From NCBI GenBank assembly GCA_016748015.1, contig JAAOMT010000334.1, positions 12,976 through 76,975 on the forward strand: 64,000 nucleotides of DNA, in the 5' to 3' direction. Shown here piece by piece: positions 25,501-39,471 of this stretch; the stretch's first letter is position 1; each line of letters starts with the position of its first letter. A program made the translations under genes and the position numbers. The notes under the pieces are model-generated. The model saw nothing but the letters and a program-made list of their open reading frames with translations. It was not told where the DNA came from and made no database searches. The stretch comes from Geosiphon pyriformis uo1. Its lineage: Eukaryota; Fungi; Glomeromycota.

Positions 25501-27898
25501 AATAATAAAGTATTCAGTAATAATCAAAAAGTATTGTATTTTTATTATTTATATAAAATTAAACTTTAGGCTTAATTTTTCTGTTAAAAAATTAAAAGTC
25601 TATATAAAGTTGTAGCCATTGCATGCTGCATTTTATTTTTGAGTAGTATATTAGAAAGTTATTTTCAAGAAGCCAACTAGGAAGGTCATCATTTAATTGT
25701 TATCTTTGACATTTTGCTGTAATCAAATTTTCATGTATAAATCAATGGAAGCCTTCCCTTCTTTTTAAAATCCTTACTTTTCCTTTGCCATAAATCACTT
25801 GCTTTAATGAAATCACGATAATTTAAAGTGGATATTATCCCACAATTTTTAGAGTATTAATTATTAAATTTCAAATTACGGGTTGAAGACAACAATCCAA
25901 AACTTTTCTACTTTTAATTACTAATAAATAAGGTTGATTTACATTAAGAATTAAGTTTAATTTTGTTTACCTTCTTGAGTCTGGGTGAATAATCAGGGAG
26001 TAAATGTTCAAATACCTCTAATAATGTTAATCGAAGAAAATCTATAAAACTCCGAAACTACTAAATTTTTGAATACTAAGAACACTTTTTGATGAATTAT
26101 TGTAGTTTTTGATTTGCCAAGTTTACATGAACCACATAACCTGTTGAATTGTAAGATAATTTTTATTTAATTCAATCAGTAAAAAGCAATGAAACCAAAC
26201 ATACCTTAGCAAGATCAGGCATGACGGTACCAAATGTTCCACTAAATGTTGGCTCTTCTTCTGAAGAAAAAGATGCTGCCTCGCTCGAGGATGAATGTTG
26301 AGTATAATATCTGAATTAATCTTATTAGTTGAATATTTTAAAAATGAGCAAGCAGCCAAAGTCAAGAATTTATTTAAAATTTACCTGGCCCTCCTACAAA
26401 GCAAATGTGCATATCCAACTGGTGTGACCTAAATGGAATTGAACAAAATAGAATAGAATAACATGTTGAAGAAGATGGGAAACGAAATTTGGTTTTCAAA
26501 GTTTACCAAAGAAACTGCTCGCGTGCACCTGTGCGAAATAGTGTGAATAAAGAGTTTCTTTTGAGAAATTTGAAGAGCTTTGCAAAAAATGATCTGGAAA
26601 AAAAATTAAAGTATTCACTCACCTCGCAAATGTATATGTTAAATAATATGTCAAGGTTTGAAGGCTGATAATATTATGAAATTAAGATGTTGGAAAAGTT
26701 TTTACACACAAAAGTTTGAAATATTTGAATATGTGAAAATATTCTACCTATCTGGATCGAATTCATTCTCGTCCCAAAGAACATGGTAATGCGTTGGACG
26801 ACTCGTGCCTTGTAAACCGGCATGACTTTGAAGATCTATAAGAAAACGAGTAGAATCAGCTACTCAAAATCTTTCATACAACCGTTAGAGATAAACTTAC
26901 AAAAGTCGAATTCGAAGGGATGGATAATCATAGTCTCGACAACAGTCCCAGGTAAACAATTTCCTGTTCGATCAGCATCCTTCCCAATGATAGGGAAAAA
27001 CCGAGTGTGATGTCTCTTTTGCACGATAACAAATGTAATTGTCGGACGATAAGTTATATCCAAGGATTGGCAGGCTACTGGTAAATTAAAAAAAATACAA
27101 TTGTTATTTTTCTGTAGGAATGATCTCTTGAAACCACATTTACTCAAAGAAATTACCTTTTATCGCCTTAATTTCACCTTCCATAATTTGAGCAAACTGG
27201 CCTTCTGATACACCGTCACGATAAAATAAAATTCTTTCGGGCTTTCGGCCACAAGTCTGGTAAAAATTTTTCAATAATTCTCTGACCATATCTGCAAGAT
27301 CAGAAATAATATCACTTTTCGCAGTTTGGCAGCGAATGGAAGCAGCGTAACGCGAGGCTTTGGCATCCATAGTTGCGCAAAGAGTAGCGATTGATGGACT
27401 TGCCGGGTTATCTATCAAGTTTTATTTTTGAAGTTAGTTGAAAGAAAGTGAAGCATTTTTTTCATTTCCGAACATTAAAGCTTACTTGGGTTAGAATGAG
27501 TGACATCTGCTCCCATGACAATTGTCGGTCTATCGCTAATGAATGGAATATCATTCGATCCCAAAAACCAATTCATTCCACCGAGCTTCACATTCATTTT
27601 TAAACCGACGTTGCCACAATACTGCTTTTTTGCCTGCATCATATGTCGCGCTTGTATACATTGGGTGGCTATCCCGATTACAGTATCGCTTACTCGTTTT
27701 ATCTCTGCGTAAAGCTGCTCTCCAGTATTTGGCAGAACACAAATAATTAATTGTGGTTGAGCATTAGCAGCAGTCCCAGCACGAAGCCATGCCTGTTTAA
27801 GAATCGCATCAATATTTCCTTGAGGATTAGCGTGCAAGATCGGAGGGGCCTTATTTGGTATATTCAAGCCAATTTCTATGGCGGTAATAACAAATTCC
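22563..27898. repeat. Direct duplication 22563-25220 = 25241-27898 across a 20-N gap (probable assembly artefact)
   Basis: All ORFs recur at +2678 with identical translations; introns and intergenic DNA also look identical; copy boundaries coincide with the gap edges. Confidence 0.9.
23445..25220 (-). other. Partial duplicate of the Argonaute 3' half (MID/PIWI), truncated at the gap; probably not a real second gene
   Basis: Identical to 26123-27898 and ends exactly at the Ns. Confidence 0.8.
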
Positions 27899-29803
27899 CT
27901 AACAAAAGCTTGGATAGCCTGCATAGGGAAAGCATGCTCCGAACCAAACGCCACAATAACCCAAGATAAAAGTATAGCTCCGGTAGCCAGTTTTTTATCT
28001 CGAAGATTCCAGACGCCCTCACGCGGTTTGAAAACTGCTTCGCGTGAGCTTGGATTATTATTAATAGAGGGAGGGGGTAAGATTCTTGCTGGGATCTGAA
28101 ATAAAACAAAAAATTGTAAATGTGTTTTAGGAAAAATGACTCGAGTTATACCAGAAAAGAAATAGGCAAGTTACCGAGACCATTTCATTTGATATTTTCA
28201 TGTGGAAATTCTGCAAGTATTCATTATCACGATAGTTCAATATTTCAACACCTTGCTTGATTTTGTTTGCACGCAGATGTGGAGGCTGACAAGTAAACAT
28301 GATCATATCGGCGGTTTGTTTATCGTTAAGCTTACGAATATGTCTTTGGCCCTAAAGAACATATATTAATGTTTGAAAATATGTCTGAAAAAATATATCA
28401 AGTTAAAGGAACGAGTTTACCTCAACAACTTCACATACTTCAACAGGAAGATACACATCTTTTCTCACAACCACACAGGGAAGATGGGGAAACTCGAGGG
28501 CCTTACCATAAACACGTTTAAAATATGTGAAAACATCGATTTGTCCTTCATTTGTAGTGAATTTGGTGTTTATAGCCGGGGAATCAGTCAATTTGAAAAC
28601 TTTGAATTGTCGTCTCGAGGTCACATCTCCGCGATGAGTGACACGTATTTTTAAATTTTTAATGGCTTTTTCTATTTTTATTCGATCTCTGTCAGTCAAA
28701 CCACGTCTAAGATCATCGTAGTTTCTAAGGCTGAGTAATTTGACAAACATTTGTAGTAAAGGACCACCCTCGTAAAAAGCCGTTGCACTAAGATCAATAT
28801 TTATCATCATACGACCTATTGTAAAAATCGAAAAATGGATAAGCTCTTTGAAATCCGAAGCTTAATAAGAAAAGACATTAAGAATACCTGGAGTCGGTCG
28901 AGCAGATTGATAATAACCTTGCCTGACTTCGGAACCGCCAAACAATGGTTGAGAACCTTGTGGTGTATAGAAAGAGCGACCAACGGTAGTGTATTTCATC
29001 GAAGGGAGATGTCTAATTAGCACATCCAAAGCCATAATTCCTAAGAAAAAATGAGTGGTAGTGTCCAAGTAAAAAGTGTGATAAGAAAAATATATTAATT
29101 AGACAACTTGGAAATAAATTCAGAAACTAAACACATACCAGTCAAACAGGCAGGTGTTAATGAACCTCTTGCGTTCAAGAAGAAATGCAGATCACGCATG
29201 CTAATTTCACCCGCTTTCTTTAACTTTACTCTGAAAGCACGTGGGGCACGCTTGGAAGGCGTGCCATCTTCTTCAGGAAGAGTAACCTAATTCTCGAGAA
29301 AATAATTCAAAGTCAAAAAGTTGGTCGAAAAGAAATATAGAATAAAAGAATTAAATGAAATTGAACAATTACATCAAACGTAGCGGCATCACCGAGAGGT
29401 AATGATTTTGAAGTAAACATATTTTTACGACCTTTTTTATTTCGATATCAAAAATTGAATGTAAAATTGTTGAGAATTTTTAGGTGGTAAATTTCTTTTA
29501 GAGCGTCACGATGTTTAAAAATTCTAAATTTGATGAATGAATTAACAAAAGCATAAATAAGAAAATACCATCATAAACAGGTCTAGTTCCACCAAGAGCA
29601 CTATAATAATTTGCCCCTTCGAACACTTTAAAAACTTTGCGATTTAATACTGGAGGCACATCAGGTGTGATTGTTATATCGTAGTGATGAATTGCTTCGG
29701 TGGGCAATTCAGTGACTTGGAAAAAATTGGCGCGAACGCGAATCTCTCGCCCCACACGTCCTAAGCCAGGCCTTACGACGAAATCGGTTAGTCGACTTGC
29801 CAT
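26123..29803 (-). CDS. ago: Argonaute (AGO clade), ~15 exons
   Basis: N domain ([18 protein letters not shown]), L1/PAZ ([18 protein letters not shown]), MID ([21 protein letters not shown]), PIWI ([44 protein letters not shown]), C-terminus VMWFM*. Exons join in frame through GT-AG introns. Confidence 0.97.
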
Positions 29804-30879
29804 GCGCGATTAAGATGAGGAAACTGACATGAAAAAATTAGGCTGCTTTTATTTTAGACTTCAAGAGAATTTGAATTTTTCTATTGACATTCGAATGACG
29901 ATAGAACCTTGTAAATATGATAAATTATACTTTGAACTAATTGATAATCATATCGTGGAAAAGTACCAAGACTACAGATCGGACTTGCAACTTTACCCTT
30001 TAAGATCTCGAAGACGATTTATTTAAAAATGAGGTTCAAAAGTTTAAGCTGTGAATTTTCAAAATTACAAGTCATGATGATTTAAACCTGTGAGTTAAAA
30101 GGTTGAAAATTTAGCCTCACCATTAGAAGGCGATTAAAAAAAACCCCATTTAGATTGTTATTTTACACGAATTGTATTTGTTTTTAGGCAAATTTTCAAT
30201 TTAGAAGAATCCCTCTATATTTTTCGGTACTCTTTTGATGCTGTAACATGAGCTATTTACATTTGTAAAAGTTTCTCATAATATAAAGATAAGATGTGAA
30301 ACTATAAGCTCAAAAATTAAAACTTCAAATAAAAGTCGTATATGAAGCTAAAAAATTTGACAGAAAATTCTTCTAATTTTTAATATATTCCAAGACAAAG
30401 TTTTATTAATTGTATCATAAAAATGGAAATTCACAACTTACGACTAAATTATATTTCTGGGAGCATGAAATGGGCAAATACAGTCATTTTGAAAAAGATA
30501 TTTTTAGTACAATATTTAAAAACTTGAGATTTAAAATATAAAGGGGTAAATGATAGGCATAAGAAAGTAACAGCTAATGATTAGTCAGTATCAACGGACA
30601 TCACAAACGGCTATTGTATTTCTCCATCTGGAATCTATTTTAATCAGTATTTCAAATAAAGGAAGATTTTTAATTTGAAATGGTTTGCCAAGATACTTTA
30701 TGGGTGTATATAAATTTTTTTTTATAAAGCTTTACTGATTATTTTATTCATTTATTTAAGAAATGAAATATAATACTAAGAGGAAATGTACAGATCAAAT
30801 TTGCTTTTATCTTGAGAATTTTTTTAAAATTTAATTATTATGCATTTCTTTTTTAATTCCAAGTTCTTTAAAACAGTTC

Positions 30880-31530
30880 ACAGAGAATTACTAAATTGAT
30901 CAACATAGTTTTCGGTAAAGAATTTCTCACCAGATTTTCAATAGGATTTAGATTCGGACTACATGACCATCAGTCAATAACTTTGGGTCACGTTTTCTGC
31001 AAGAAACGCCTTGGCTACTCAACTTGTACCCTTGAGATCCGTTATCATGTTGAAATCGCCACTTATTTCCAAGTAGAAATATTTGTACGAATCTTCTAGC
31101 CTTTGAAGAATTGATGATTTTCCTTGTAACAATGATCAAATGTGTTTGGGAACAGTTCAAATGCTGTCTCATCCGAAAATAAATTTTTTTCCAGTTATCA
31201 TTCAAGATAAAATTTGGCCCATTGAACACCTTCTACTTTTGAACTTAAACGGGCTTATTAATTTGTAGGTTTTTCATATGTCCAAGGTGCTTTTAAATGT
31301 CTGCCAATTGCGGGCGATATAGAATATCTACTCCCCTCTGTACCTAGTTTAATAGCAGAGACAAAGAATAATTTTTATAAACATATTGTCCATGTATGTA
31401 CCATAATTTTCATACAATGACATTCCCTTTTTTTCCGTTGTGTAGTACAGCAGGAGGACAGATTCATTTCTCATGTGATTTATAAGCAAAGCTGCAAATT
31501 TAATTCCGCTTTTGAAATAAAATCTTTTAT
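30880..31530 (-). mobile_element. Tc1/mariner relic, same family as 17215-18290
   Basis: DNWKKIYF.DETAFELF and FQHDN segments; shares non-coding sequence (atttgcagctttg.ttataa...atgaatctgt) with the 17.3-kb copy. Confidence 0.75.
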
Positions 31531-32308
31531 TTGATTGGGTGAAAAATGAAAAATTTTATATGAGCCTGTTGTTATTTCCACAAAATGTAAGTGGAAAGAG
31601 ATACAGCATCTTAAAACTTGAATCATTGTTAAATAGAAATCTTTAGCAGATTTGAGAATTAAGATTGCCATAAATATTAATCTTTCCGAAGCTTCTATTG
31701 TAAAATGGTTACATCGTGGAACTTTAGAGATAAGTTTAGTAATTTTTAGGTAACAATTGTGACACTAAAATTCTTATGCATGATAATAAATCAAAGTTTT
31801 TAGCGAACTTAATATTCCCAAAATAGGTTGTAATTCAGAAATCTAACGTTAAACCCGGGAAATGTTTTTCTCTTGAGTTTTTCGAAAATTCCTTTCTAGC
31901 CTTGAATATTAAAACCTCCTCAAATTTGATTTAGAAGCCTCCTTCTATTTAACATTAATAATAATACAAATTTTTAAAAATAAATTTTATTCAGTAAATA
32001 TGACGGAAATAACGTCTGATAAAAATTTAGGGATGAAAGTATTTAGAAAAGCAAGAAACTATAAATACTCTTTTAATTAGATTCTTTTTGGATGCTAAGT
32101 TTATCAAAAAAAAATTATATATCTCGATCGATATCCTGGTGAGTAAAAGTAATCGAAAAATTACAATTATCATTATAATATATATATTTATATAATATAA
32201 TTTTGATTATCTATAAAGTATTAACGAATTATATGACTATTGAAAGAAAAGTCTCTTTAATAAATGGAATCGTTTTTAACCAAATTTCTGAATAGAAATT
32301 ATGCATTT

Positions 32309-32816
32309 TCATATAATTTGTGTCCGCACAAATGTATTACTTTCTACGTTCTTCACATATATCAAACGCATTGAGAGGTTCTGGGAAATTTTTAAAAGAT
32401 TTTCTGTGCTCTATAAAAATTTAAATATTTTTTGATCAAAATTAAAATAAAAGTTTTTATTAAATAGTTTGTGAAAGAATTAATCAAACTCATCCTACCA
32501 TTTGAAAATAACTCGATTCATGATAATTGAAAGTTTCTTGATTAGAAGAAAGGGATTGAAATTTTTTAGTTACTTGCTCAAGTTCTTTCAATTTTTCTTC
32601 AATGCGATTGAGACTTCCTTGTAAACTTCTCGTATGTTCCGTATATTTTTGACAAGAGTTGCAAAAATAATTTTCAGTATTGATTGGTTTGTTTATTTTA
32701 ACTATAGAGCATTGGTCATTAGAAATTCGAAATTTATGGTTATAACCTGAGTTGGACCTAGTAAAGTATGGATTTATTTTATGACTTTGAATTAAGGTTG
32801 ATTTACAAGAAGGCAT
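32309..32816 (-). CDS. Small uncharacterised coiled-coil protein, paralog 1 (2 exons predicted)
   Basis: MPSCKSTLIQ...KINPYF...CNSC...LNRIEEKLKELEQV; a GT-AG intron (~32498-32411) adds STENLLKIS, matching the motif of the neighbouring genes. Confidence 0.55.
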
Positions 32817-33248
32817 ATTGTTGTTGTTGTTGTTGTTGTTCAAGCTTAAAAGTTTTGAGATGAAAGGTATTTTATACTTTTGAAATAGAAATTACTTCTT
32901 TTAATATGAAAAATATTATGACGAAGAAAATTTTGAATTTTGAATCACTTTTTTTATACTTTTGAAAAAAACTTTGACCTTTTTCCTCTGGATTTTAAAG
33001 TCCTTTATAGAATTCAGAATATTCAAAAAATAGACAAAAGAGTAATGTACGGAGAAAACGGAGAATAGATTATCAGGTAAACACGGGATATCAAAACCGA
33101 TTTTTAGATTAATTGTATCAATGAAAGAATCAATCTTGAAAGAGTTTCATAAAAAAAAAAAATGACATAGTGATTAATTTATTCGGACTTTGTTTAAGAA
33201 ATAAAGTTATTAAATAAATGTATTCATGAAATTATTTAAATTTTTTTA

Positions 33249-33297
<49 letters not shown>

Positions 33298-34770
33298 TCA
33301 AATTTTATTTAATTTACAACAGCATTGAAAAACTTCAATAATCAGAAGATTCTTATCGAGTTTTTCTTTTCTCAAAATATTATTGTAATAAAAATTATTC
33401 ATTGTTTCTTCTTTTTTGAGTGTAAAATTTTGTGAAAATTTGGGTTAAATGATTTCACAAATCTTTTGTTAAAAGAAATAATTTCGATCTGAAAATGAAA
33501 ATTTCCGGAGACAATTGTCCATGACGTGTGATTCTTAAAATTATTAGACAAATATTTAAATTCTTTTGTTGCATATAGAACTTCTTTTTTTTTTAGGAGG
33601 ATAAAGAGCTTATAATCAATGGGAAGATACTTGTCTAGGATCACTATCAGAATTTATTATAATAGCAAAATAAATAATAAAGAGGTGATTATTTAAAAAT
33701 CTTTGCTATTGTTTCCGTAGCATTTGATCCCCTTTTTAATGCAGTGTATAAAGCTGTAATAAAATAAATAATAATATGATAATTTTATTTTCCCCTTAAA
33801 TGATTTGAAAATGGATAAATCGTTCGAAAAAAAAATTATTGTACATTTTAAAAAGATAAAATAATAAGATTTTTAACCATAGCTCTCAACTTTTATGAAA
33901 ACACACTCAATAGAATCTATTTACTTAAAGAACACAAGTCCTCTAGATTTCTTATAATCGGACAAGAATGATGTCATATCACTCAGAAAATTTTCTCAGC
34001 AGCTTTCAAACGCACACCGCTTATGTTAATGATTTTATAAATTCTCGAGATATTTTTATTTAAAGAGAATTTTAGTAACCATATTAAAATAATAATTTTG
34101 ACAGTGACCACTTACTACTATTCTATAAAATGGTAACTCCTATTCAAACCATTACTAATTTTAGCAATTAATTTATTTAATAACAATTATATTATTGCAA
34201 ATTCAAAAAAATTTAAATATATATTAATAGCTTTTATATTAAAAGGTTAGAACATAAAAAAGAATTTTATAGTAAAAGAAGTAATATATTGTGATCAAGA
34301 AATTTTGTGAAGAATTATACTTTAAAGAATATAATATTTTAAAAAAAATTTATTGTTAAAATGATTTTAAATGCCAATTTTGAAAAATTTCATTATTAAT
34401 TCGTCTTCAATTAATTAATTGAAGCTGAAGCTAAAATCCAAAATTAATAGAGTAAAAAACTTTTTAAAAGTATATATATTATTATTATTATTATTATTAA
34501 CTATTTTTCTACTCACTTTTCGAAATCTTGTTCACATCAATTTTCATAATTTACATGTTTTAATAAATTTTTAGATTTAAATTTTTTCCTATATAGGTTT
34601 CATATCTTTCAAAGAAATTTTAACTTCTTGTTTCTTTTTTTACAATTTGGCTATAAAATTTTACCCATTACAACTATAGTAGTAGTAGAAATTAGAGAAC
34701 TCTTTCTAAAATTAATATTAAATTATAATGTTTGTTCTTAATTATAAAGTTTTAAACTTAATTTTTTAAC

Positions 34771-35199
34771 TTAATTTTGAAATTTTATGCTTCCAAGATC
34801 CTCTGTCATTTTTAACAGTTCATCTGTGGTTAAATGGTTAAAATCTAGTTCTTCAATTAAAAACTGACCACCATTCTTTGGAACGTTCGTATTAGATATT
34901 TCTATTATATTATTAAGTTTTTTTTGGGCTTCTTGAATTCGAAGTTGCATCTCGTCGATTATTTCTTCAGGTATATCTTCTTCTTTTTCTTCTTCTTCTT
35001 CTTCTTTTTCATCCTCATATACACAAGGATAACGTTCATTTATATAAGGATTTAATCGTTGAAAATTTGATTTAGGCATTTGATTTTTACGAGCCGTAAA
35101 TGTTTGTTGATTATTATTATTATTATTATTGGAGTTAATTGGTGATGCATTTCGTCTTTTAATCGAGAAAAATATTTTGATTGATTTAATTGGAGCCAT
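34771..35199 (-). CDS. Small uncharacterised coiled-coil protein, paralog 2 (142 aa)
   Basis: ATG-initiated ORF; RLNPY, IQEAQKKLNNIIEI, FNHLTTDELLKM. Confidence 0.6.
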   Translation of the reverse strand: MAPIKSIKIFFSIKRRNASPINSNNNNNNNQQTFTARKNQMPKSNFQRLNPYINERYPCVYEDEKEEEEEEKEEDIPEEIIDEMQLRIQEAQKKLNNIIEISNTNVPKNGGQFLIEELDFNHLTTDELLKMTEDLGSIKFQN

Positions 35200-35841
35200 T
35201 GGTGATTATTGATTTACTTTCAAATCTAAAGAAATTGATAGCTTTGAACTTTTGATATATTTATATATTTTTTTTTCCTATTAGTGTATATTAATAATAA
35301 TTGGGATAAAAATAGGATCTCGGTTATTATTATATCATCTGCAAAGATACGTTATACAAAGCTATTATTAAAAACTTTAGATTTACTACTAACGGAGATT
35401 GTCTAAATATAGATATATTTTTTTTAATTTTAGTGTGTGTTTCACGCTAGGTTTCTCCTAAAGAACTTTTATTCTAATTTTCATATCACTTTTTTTTAAA
35501 AGTAATTTATTATGAGCCGTCGTATCAAAAAAGTAACAGAATTTTAGATTCCAATATCTTTTCCCCAAGTATTAAACAACTTTAGCCAATTTTTTATTTC
35601 CCAGTTTATTTTCATAAAATATAATTTTTTATTATAAAATTCAAATTAATAAGATTACTCTATAATCGATTGCAATCCTCATAAATCTTAAAAGCTTAAT
35701 ATTTGATAAATAATCAAAAATTTTTTTTCATAAGAAAAGATCAATATACAGTCTATATATAGCCTGATTCTATGATATTTGAACGTATTTGAACTTAAAA
35801 GAAAGAAAGAAAGAAAGAAAGAAAGAAAAAATGTGTAGTTT

Positions 35842-36297
35842 CTAAAGGGAATGAAAATCTTGGAAAAATGTTGGCATTTGTAATGATTCTAGCTTATAAT
35901 CTTGATTATCCTTCTTATCAAGTTTACCATATTCAATGTTTATTGATAGCTTTAATAATTCATCTATGCTAATATCTGATAAATTGACTTCTTTATTGGT
36001 AATTGGATCATTATTTACAAAACATTGTAAATTCTTTGTCGAAAGCTCCGTCAAATAATTTAATTTTTGTTCAATCTTGTTAAAACCTTTCTCTAATGTG
36101 TTTATATATTGTTTGAACTCATCGTAATCACAGCAAATTTCCTCATTTTTTTTGACTTCTTTATTAAGTGAATCACGCTTAGAACGATAATTATCGCCTC
36201 TTACTTTAAAGATATGCTTCCGTCCAGTCATATCAAATAAAGTTGAATTGAGGGATTTCCGTGGAGTTTGCGATAGGACTGAGCTCACAGGTGGCAT
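35842..36297 (-). CDS. Small uncharacterised coiled-coil protein, paralog 3 (151 aa)
   Basis: ATG-initiated ORF; FNKIEQKLNYLTEL, LSDISIDELLKL. Confidence 0.6.
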   Translation of the reverse strand: MPPVSSVLSQTPRKSLNSTLFDMTGRKHIFKVRGDNYRSKRDSLNKEVKKNEEICCDYDEFKQYINTLEKGFNKIEQKLNYLTELSTKNLQCFVNNDPITNKEVNLSDISIDELLKLSINIEYGKLDKKDNQDYKLESLQMPTFFQDFHSL

Positions 36298-36994
36298 TTC
36301 GTTTTAATTTAAAAAAAAATTTTTGGTGAACTTTTAAGAGTAGAATAATAGTAAACAGCTTTAGAATTATTTGTATATATATATATATATATATCAACTT
36401 TACACTGCGAAAGTTGAAAAAATTTCTCGCTCTATATATATAGAAAATAATAATAATAATAATACTTGGCTAGATATTCATAATCGCCAATTGTTTCCCG
36501 AAATTAATCATTTTCCTTGGCATAAAAATTATGAATTATCTTATTTTTTTCAATAAAATATAAAACAATATGTAATAGAACTCAAATATTTTGCCATGCA
36601 ACGTCAATACTGCAATAGAAAATTTAATAATAGCTAATATTCTAAAAAAAAAATTTTTTTTTATTCTTCGGATTAGAAAATGGCTTTTTTTTTTCACTTG
36701 AGAGATAAAAAAGGGCCATTTGTATTAGACTTATGATTAATTTCCTTTCCATCCAAATTTAATTAATAAGCTTTTATTAATACTCAATATGATACTTTTT
36801 TCTAAAATTCCAAAAAATCTTGTTTAAAAAAAAGATCTTTTTAAAAAACTAGTCTTGATTCAAAAAAGAAAATGTCCAAAGAACTTCTCAATACAATTAT
36901 GAAATAATAAAAACTTGAAATTTAATTAAAATCTTAAAAGAGTAATTAATATTTTAAAAATTAGAATAAACAAATTACGCATTTATAAATTGAA

Positions 36995-37025
<31 letters not shown>

Positions 37026-38590
37026 AAACCAATGGCAAAGACACTTTTAAACAAAAAATTATTGATTTATAGAATAAAGAATATATATATATATATGTGT
37101 GTGTTTCGATTTTTTTTAATTCCAAAATAAATTGAAAAGTTTTTCGTTGACTTGGTCAAAATGCTTAAAAGTCTGACTTTTTCACAGAGAAAAATTGACT
37201 GTACTTCAGAAACCGGAGAAGTATGTCAAATTGCAAGTAGAATTATCTAAAATTAACAAAGACTTTATCTATCACTTATTATAATTCTTCTTTTAAACGC
37301 TAAAGAAATCAAAATTTTGCTTATATTTCAATAAAGAAGGTGAATGGATTATTTAAAATGTCTCTGTAGTTTCTAAAAACTTTATGGCCATAGCTATCGG
37401 AGAACTGATTGTTTCATGCGACGACACAGTATTTTTTGTAGAGTGTTAACTAAAAACAGGGTTTGAATAATATTATGTTCAAAAAATATCTAAACTAAAA
37501 AATATTTCTAAAGGTTTTTTAAACGAAAGAATAAGGCTCTTATTTCGTGTAATCCGCTTTATAGAATTTTAAATGAAACTCTTTTCTTCAAAATAATCAG
37601 CCATCTTGAAGTTATGAAATGTATTTTTTTTTTTTCGTTTGAAATTTATGTATTCAAAGAGATTTCTAAATGATCAGTGTACATTAGAGAAAAAGCGTAT
37701 ATTTTGATAAGTGCACATTTAGAGAATAAGAATATATTTAATCAATAATGTTAAATTATAAGTCCGTCTCTTGATGTCCGTAACTCGTTAAACTGATGTA
37801 GTCAACAAAATAATAGAGTTAAAAAAAGATGATCTTATATTACAATCTTTTAAAAAGAACAATGGCTTTGGTTTCTTAAATAATGTTGTGCAATTTTTTC
37901 GGACTATTATGGATTTTGTTTGAATCTTCAATAATCCAAAAATTGATTCTAAAACACTTAATATTCGTAAAGAAAAATATTACATGAACAGAAAGATTTA
38001 TTAAAAAAAACTTTTACTTTGTTAATTATATCAATATGACAAGATAACTTAATATTTAAAATATTAAAAGAAAGATTTTTATCTATTGAACATACTATAA
38101 ACAAATTTAGGTTATTTTTTACCATTTATAAAGTACTGGAAAAGTTAATTTACATAATTTTTTATAATGACTCTCGAAATAAAATGGCAAAATAGAGAAT
38201 AAATTTGAATCTCGAAATTTAAAATTGATCTTTTACAGATAATTGTAATTTATTGACTTTCTCGAACAAAATATTATCAGTTATCTCTTATAATAAGTAT
38301 ATTTTCAAAGATATTTTTTAAGATCATAATTAATTAATTGAATTATTCTCAAAATGTGCAAAGTTTAAACTGTCAAAGAAAAATATCTATATTTAAATGA
38401 AAGATAGTTGTTTAAAATAAAACAAAGATCTTCAATAATCATTTTATTTGCTTTGTAGAGCGCAAACTAAAAATTTTTACACTTATGAAATTATAGCAAA
38501 AGAATTCCAATTTTACACAATATAAAGATCCTATGAAACTAAAAGACTGGCATTTTGGGTCAGAAAAAAAAAGACTAAACAACCAAAAAA

Positions 38591-38664
<74 letters not shown>

Positions 38665-38678
38665 CATCATCATTATTA
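38591..38678. repeat. (TAT)n-(CAT)n microsatellite
   Basis: Directly visible; generates the spurious poly-Tyr ORF 38533-38739. Confidence 0.95.
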
Positions 38679-39471
38679 CCAAAAATTTCAACAAAATAAT
38701 AAAATGGAATCCAAATATTTTTTCATATTACAAAAATAAAACTTAAAATAAAAAATAAACTCATATTTAATAATTTCAAGAGATTTTGTAATCAAAAAAA
38801 AATATAAAAACAGTTTTAAAAACATCTTTTAATATTAATAAATAATTAAAAGAAAAAACAGATAAAATAAACACCAAAAATATATATTAAATTTTTAATA
38901 ATCTGATTTGTAATTAATGGAAACAAAAAAGTGATTTTAATAAAACAATAATTTAAAACATAAAAATAATATTTATTAAAGAATTTTTAGGAATAATAAA
39001 GAGAAATTTAGTTAATTCAATAAAATATGAATGTGAATTAAGTATTGTAAATAATGGGAAATATATATATATATTATGAAATTTTCTTTAATAAATTTAT
39101 TCTTTAATAATTCCCAGATAATAATTAATTATTCAAAGACTAAATTATTTTCAAAAGATTGTAAACAATTATTAATTGCGTAATTGAAATCAGTCTTTTT
39201 ATTGTATTGGTAATATTTTATCCCAACTTTATAAACACTTTATTATTAACGTAAAATCAAAATGATATTATAGATCAAATATTTAGAACCTATTAATGCT
39301 CAATATACTTAAAATAAGATAAGGAAGCTTTTAAATGACAAGACTTGTAAAATTTGTTACCTTGAAAGTAAATCATCTTAAAAAAGTTATTTGGAAAAAT
39401 AAGTTATTAAGAATTTCAATTAGATTATATTGTGCTTTACTAATATTTTGCGTTGAAAAGTTCTTTTTGGA

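Noticed and set aside
38533-38739. Poly-Tyr ORF
   Set aside because: Translation of a (TAT)n microsatellite.
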